A DNA stretch of 64,000 bases. Source: Podarcis bocagei. Lineage: Eukaryota. This document shows, in pieces, positions 58,983 through 64,000 of the stretch (positions are counted from its first letter, which is position 1; each line of letters starts with the position of its first letter). The notes under the pieces are model-generated. The model saw only the letters and a program-made list of their open reading frames with translations, ran no database searches and was not told where the DNA came from. Location: the NCBI GenBank assembly GCA_964188305.1, contig OZ076889.1; one strand, written 5' to 3'. Made by a program: the position numbers and the translations under genes.

Positions 58983-60559
58983 TGCTATATATTATTGCAT
59001 TTGGAATCCGTGATGACAAGTTGAAACCTGTGAAAAATTGCATAGAGCAGTTGGGGAGTGGGCTTGCAGCCCTTGCTATAAAGTTGTTGGAGCCTTCCTA
59101 TTCCCTTCTGTTAGCTTGAAAGTGGATTCCCATATGGATCTAGAAAGCTGTCTTGGACATTGTGTGACTGAGCTTTCTAGTCTTCTAAGGGAGGCTCCCC
59201 TTTGAAGGGACATAAATAGCTTTTGTGAGGATGGGTAGACTTCTGGTAGCTGTAAGGGTTTGATGTGCTAGAGTAAGCCAAACCCTCAAGCCTCTGTACT
59301 TGCTACATTTGCTCGTTAGAATTGTATCTTGCTTGTGCCCACTTCTCTTTCTGCTTGCCTCTTTATGTGCCACTAATATGCCTCCTGTGCACACCAGTGG
59401 AGGCATAGTAAGCAAGTGGAATCGTGCAGCTCCCACCCCAATGCATTAGTGCAATTTCAAATAATGCTCAAATTAAGAGTGAAACCCCCGGTTGCAAGGC
59501 TCTGTGTTCGGGGCTGAATCACCAGATGCTCTAACATGTACTGTCAGGCATCTTTTTGTTTTGAGAAATGAACAATCCTCTACATGTTTATTCCGAAGAA
59601 ATATCATAGGTTTTAAAGGGGCTTACTTCTAGGTAAACAGGTACAGGATTGCAGCATTAGTCAATAATGTTTGTTTCATAATTTGAAAATAGTGTAAGGG
59701 ATAATGAATATGCTTATAGATTTAGATTCCTGCAAACTGTCAACATATTCAAAAGAATCGTTTGGAAATATTAATTCAGTATTCCATTTGATCTTAATGC
59801 TCAGTTTTTATATTCCCACACCTAGTAGAATTATCTGTTGTTTCTCTCCTTCTTTCTCTACTTTTTTTAAAAAATAAAAATATACATTTAGAACTACATT
59901 CTGCCCAACATTACTGTCAGTGAAGAGCAGTATATCTTTGTCACACATGCCCCCAAAGGGATGCTTTCCAGAAGAGATTCCCTTTCAGCCTTGAGCTGAC
60001 TTGGAAATCTTTTAACTACAGAAACTTTTCAATGAAAATTGAATTGAAGAGGGAAGGCAGCTGCTTCATAATACCAAGATTAATAAAATAACTGCTACCA
60101 TTTATGAGGTGCTCTGGTACTGGAAATAGCCCAGTAAACCGACATAACTGTAAGCTTGCCAATCCCATGAGAGCATGATACCTTGCCTCTGTGCCTGACA
60201 TTAACAGGTGGGTGGAAATATTCCAAGAAGTGGTTGGGAGGAAATGACAGATACCTTCCCAGGTCTGCCTTTTTCCAGGGTTTTGAGCAAGAATTCATGG
60301 CTAAACTGTGTGGGCAGTTCCTATTTCTGAAGGGTTATTCATGAGAGGTTTAGTGACAGGTTTGACTAGAGAAATAGAAGTGTTATTTATACTGAATCAC
60401 AAGAGATGCTCTGTGAAGGTGTATGGTCAAATAAACAATACGGAACTCTCAATTCTTGTAGGGCTTTCGTGGTTTTATTGAGCTTCTTCTGTGACCTCTT
60501 TGTCTTCAAACATCTCTTAGTTCATTTGTGATGAATATGTGTGTGTGTTTGTATGCACA

Positions 60560-60870
60560 CTTATTCATTTATAAGATTTCTTACCTACCCTTCACCATAA
60601 AGTCCTAAGGTGGGTGACAGCACTGAAATATACAATTATAGAACCAAAGAAAAACCATCACAATGATAAAATACATAAAACCATTCAAATATGGAATGGA
60701 AGAGTATAAATTATGCAAAAGAGGTAGGCACCACAAAACAAAATAACTTAACTGTCAAATGCAAGAGTAATGATATGCAGCTTCAGCTTTCAACATTCTG
60801 TGCATTGAAGACGCTAGATGCACATACATGTGTGACCTTTCAGTAAGTGGGTGGGACCAACAAACCTGTC
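60560..60870 (-). mobile_element. Decayed L2-like 3' end
   Basis: ttattcatttat...acccttcaccataaagtcctaaggtgggtgacagc followed by an A-rich tract. Confidence 0.45.
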
Positions 60871-63230
60871 AAATGTCTTTCCTGTGAAGATCTCATGCTC
60901 AGTTTGCCTATAAGCCTCATGCTATTGCAAATCTCTGCTGGAACAGAACACCCTATTAATATACTGTTGATTGGATAGATGGTGGTTGCTACCAAGTGAA
61001 GCTGACACTTCCCCCTGCTTATTGGGGCTTATACAGGAACTCTGCAACATGAACAGCTGATGTAGAAGAGACTTGGTGACTTACCGCACGGCTTCCAGAT
61101 ATTTGTTGCTAATCCTCATGGTACTCTGATCAGATAAAACATTTCTCTGCATTTACACTTCTGGATGACATAGGATGTTATTCTTCTCATTAGATCATGT
61201 CTTTCCCAAGTGCTAATTTGAAAGGCCACATTGTGGTTTGGTTTTCATACTCAGTATGGTGCAAGGAATGTGGTTCTTTTTGAAAATGTTCCAGCTCTAT
61301 TTGTCTAGGGCTGGAGTAGTTTGCTTCCTTGTCATCTGCTCTTGTTTAATAGTCTCACAGCCATGCTGCTTACAGAGCTGACTGGTAACTCGCAGAGCCT
61401 GGTCTCTGGCTTTTTTAAAATGTCCAAACTTTTCCCATGAAGCAGATCCTTTTCTGCTCTGAGATCATGCTCCCATTTGTGGGAATTTTCTTTCATTTGA
61501 GTTTCTTGGCCTCTTGTCAGAGCTGCAGTGGGCTTGCTTAGTTTTTCAGCTTGGAAGCTTTCAAACCAAGTATCTCTGTCAAACGACCTTTAAGCCAAGG
61601 AGGACAGCTCTGACCCTGAACTTTAGCCCTGAACTGTGGCTTTTTTATTCCTAAAATGCAAGTGTCTTGATTTGTGGATCTGTTTTTACTTTATTATTTA
61701 TTACACTATAGGTCACAGGGTTTATGGAAGCACAAGTCTAATCTGTTTGTAATTTTTAGTTTAGAAATATTGCATGCTGCTTTTGGTCTCTGTATGTCAT
61801 GCCTTTTTTTCTTCTGCAAAGTATGTTCACTCCCAGCTTGGGGCAATGATCATGTAAGGCAGCGGAGGGCCAGGAACATCTTACAACTTGCAGTTCAAAG
61901 TTACAGCTGTTGTGAGTCAGCCAGCCAAGGCCTGCATCCATGAGGGCAATAGTAGAAAACCAGAGGCATTGACTGGATCTGTTCAGTGTCAGCTTTCATT
62001 GAATAAATGTCTTGTTGAAGCCCTTGTAATGAAGAGAGAAGTGGGGCACTGCCACTTCAGACAGAAAGGGTGTCTGGGAGAGCTCTTAGTCACCAGATAG
62101 TTTAGTTTATCTCCCGTGTTTCGCTCTTCTTTCTTGTGCTTCAGTCTTGGCTGCTGCTTGTTCATATTGTCAGCGGAATTGAGACAGGCAAGCTTTATCT
62201 GTGTAAAGTTGTCAAGAATGAAATCGCTGACAATTTTCTAGGCAGCTGAGCCAGAAGATTTTAAGTTTTGGGAGATTTTGGCTGCAAAAATCCTTTCTGA
62301 GAAACTGAGAAGCATTGTTGCCTTTATGGGAAGAACGTTCATTTGAGAGATGCCTGGCATTGTCAAAGTTTAAGGAAAATCTTCCTTGATTCATAGGGGA
62401 CTATTAAATTTGGGATAAACATTACTATTTTAAGAGGTTGATGTTTGATCTGCTTTTGTACTTGACAAAGGGATCTAATGATTTCATATCTCCTCTTTGG
62501 GCATATCTATAAGAAATCTGTAGTACACATATGCAACATGCACATTTGCATGTTTATTTAATTTGCTTTCACTCCTTGTGCTTTCCTTCCTCACCTTTTA
62601 CAGTTCACAGAATCACATATTTTATTTCTATATAACTTGCAACTACTGCTTACATTTCAAAAACTAGTTATAAACCATTTGTGATTCTGCATAAACCTGA
62701 TTTGGAATAATTGCCATGGGTATCCAAAGAATTAAAAAAATATTACATTGAACAAACAGTTGCAAGATGGTTCTTTACTTCATTCACAAGGGTCCTAGGA
62801 AGCCCAGGCCTTACCAACTGAATTGGCTGAGCATCTTTTGGGTTCTGGAACACATACCAATAAACAGTTAAAATTATTGTTCTTTATCAGCCAGTTTGAG
62901 ATGCAATACCTCAGTGAATCTTCTCTGTTTACCTGTATATTATTTCAGGCAAAGATGGAATGAATGAACCAGGCTGTACAGGGAACTTTAAAAAAGAAGA
63001 ATGAGTTCTCACATATGTATGTTTGTGTGTGCAGATGTAGGCATGACCCGTGTATCTCACTTTGTGGGAAGAGCATCATGTGGTAACTATAAGAGATGTA
63101 TTTTGCTAGATGACAGCTCTTGGATTTTTAGAAATGAGTTTTTAAACTCTGAATTTTAAAACTCTGTTTGTGAATTCAAAAACTTTTTTTTAAAAATGGG
63201 ACAATATGAGTTTTCATGCTTTCTTTAGAG

Positions 63231-63620
63231 CATGGGTAGGCAAACTAAGGCCCAGGGGCCGGATTCGGCCCAATCGTCTTCTGAATCTGGCCTGCAGAAG
63301 GTCCAGGAATCAGCATATTTTTACATGAGTAGAATGTGTCTTTTTATTTAAAATGCATCTCTGGGTTATTAGTGGGACCTGCCTGGTGTTTTTACATGAG
63401 TAGAAGGTGTGCTTTTATTTAAAATGCATCTCTGGGTTATTAGTGGGGCCTGCCTGGTGTTTTTGCATGAGTAGAAGGTGTGCTTTTATTTAAAATGCAT
63501 CTCTAGGTTATTTGTGAGGCATAGGAATTCGTTCATCCCCCCCACATATAGTCCGCCCCCCCCCACAAGGTCTGACAGACAGTAGACTGGCTCCCTGCTG
63601 AAAAAGTTTGCTGACCCCTG
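63231..63620 (+). mobile_element. hAT-Charlie/OC1-like MITE, complete, with internal 71-bp tandem repeat
   Basis: Termini CATGGGTAGGCAAACT / AGTTTGCTGACCCCTG. 8-bp TSD CTTTAGAG (63223-63230 and 63621-63628). Confidence 0.92.
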
Positions 63621-64000
63621 CTTTAGAGCCTTCAGGGTCTCCTTGGATGGCTGCCATCTTTTGTTGGCGAAGCAGTTTTGTGAGCTTGCAAAAACCTGGT
63701 GTTGTGTTTTTTTTTTTTTGCAGGGGTTACCCTTCAAAGGAGGCTTTCTGTTTCCAAGTAAGGAACATGCTAGAATAGCTTTCACCAATCTCACAGTGTC
63801 TATGTGCGTGTGAGTATACACAGTAAATTTAGGTTGAAGCAACTCTGCATCTTTATAAACTTAATGACTCCCATCTTTCAATGCATTTTTAACATAAAAG
63901 AATTGCTTTAGGTCCATATGCTTCTCAGTTGGGCCTCACAGGCGCACCTCCAATTTTTGTGGTCCATGGGGGTAATTTAGTGAAACACACACAGCGTAAG

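Noticed and set aside
63318-63520. CRISPR-like array
   Set aside because: Head-to-tail tandem units without unique spacers, inside a eukaryotic MITE.
41914-64000. ST3GAL3 exon 3 and later exons
   Set aside because: I found no segment encoding the expected stem region (NS..LS.DS.GQTLG or YDRLGFLL). These exons probably lie beyond the window, though a short diverged exon could have been missed.

Overview
Vertebrate genomic DNA, most likely from a lacertid-type lizard (inferred from Sauria SINE, Squam3-like SINE, BovB tail and lizard-type L2, hAT and Tc1 repeats). On the + strand, 515-14487 holds the last 13 coding exons of KDM4A (exons 10-22 by recalled human numbering; linker, PHD1-Zn knuckle-PHD2, double Tudor). 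All splice phases join into one frame of 664 codons plus stop. About 21 kb further on lie the CpG-island promoter, putative non-coding exon 1 and first coding exon of ST3GAL3; the rest of the window looks like ST3GAL3 intron. This is the conserved KDM4A-ST3GAL3 gene order. Mobile elements include a nearly intact DD34E Tc1 transposon, several hAT, Tc2 and Tigger-like MITEs with target-site duplications (TSDs), SINEs, LINE fragments and Penelope remnants. Main leads: (1) hAT MITEs whose interiors look like captured host promoter or first-exon DNA (Pack-type elements); (2) a candidate unannotated small coding gene at about 19.6-21 kb; (3) a minimal hammerhead ribozyme motif in an inverted Penelope terminus; (4) six helically phased CCAAT boxes and splice-spanning uORFs at ST3GAL3. 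Gene and repeat family names come from remembered sequences, not database searches.
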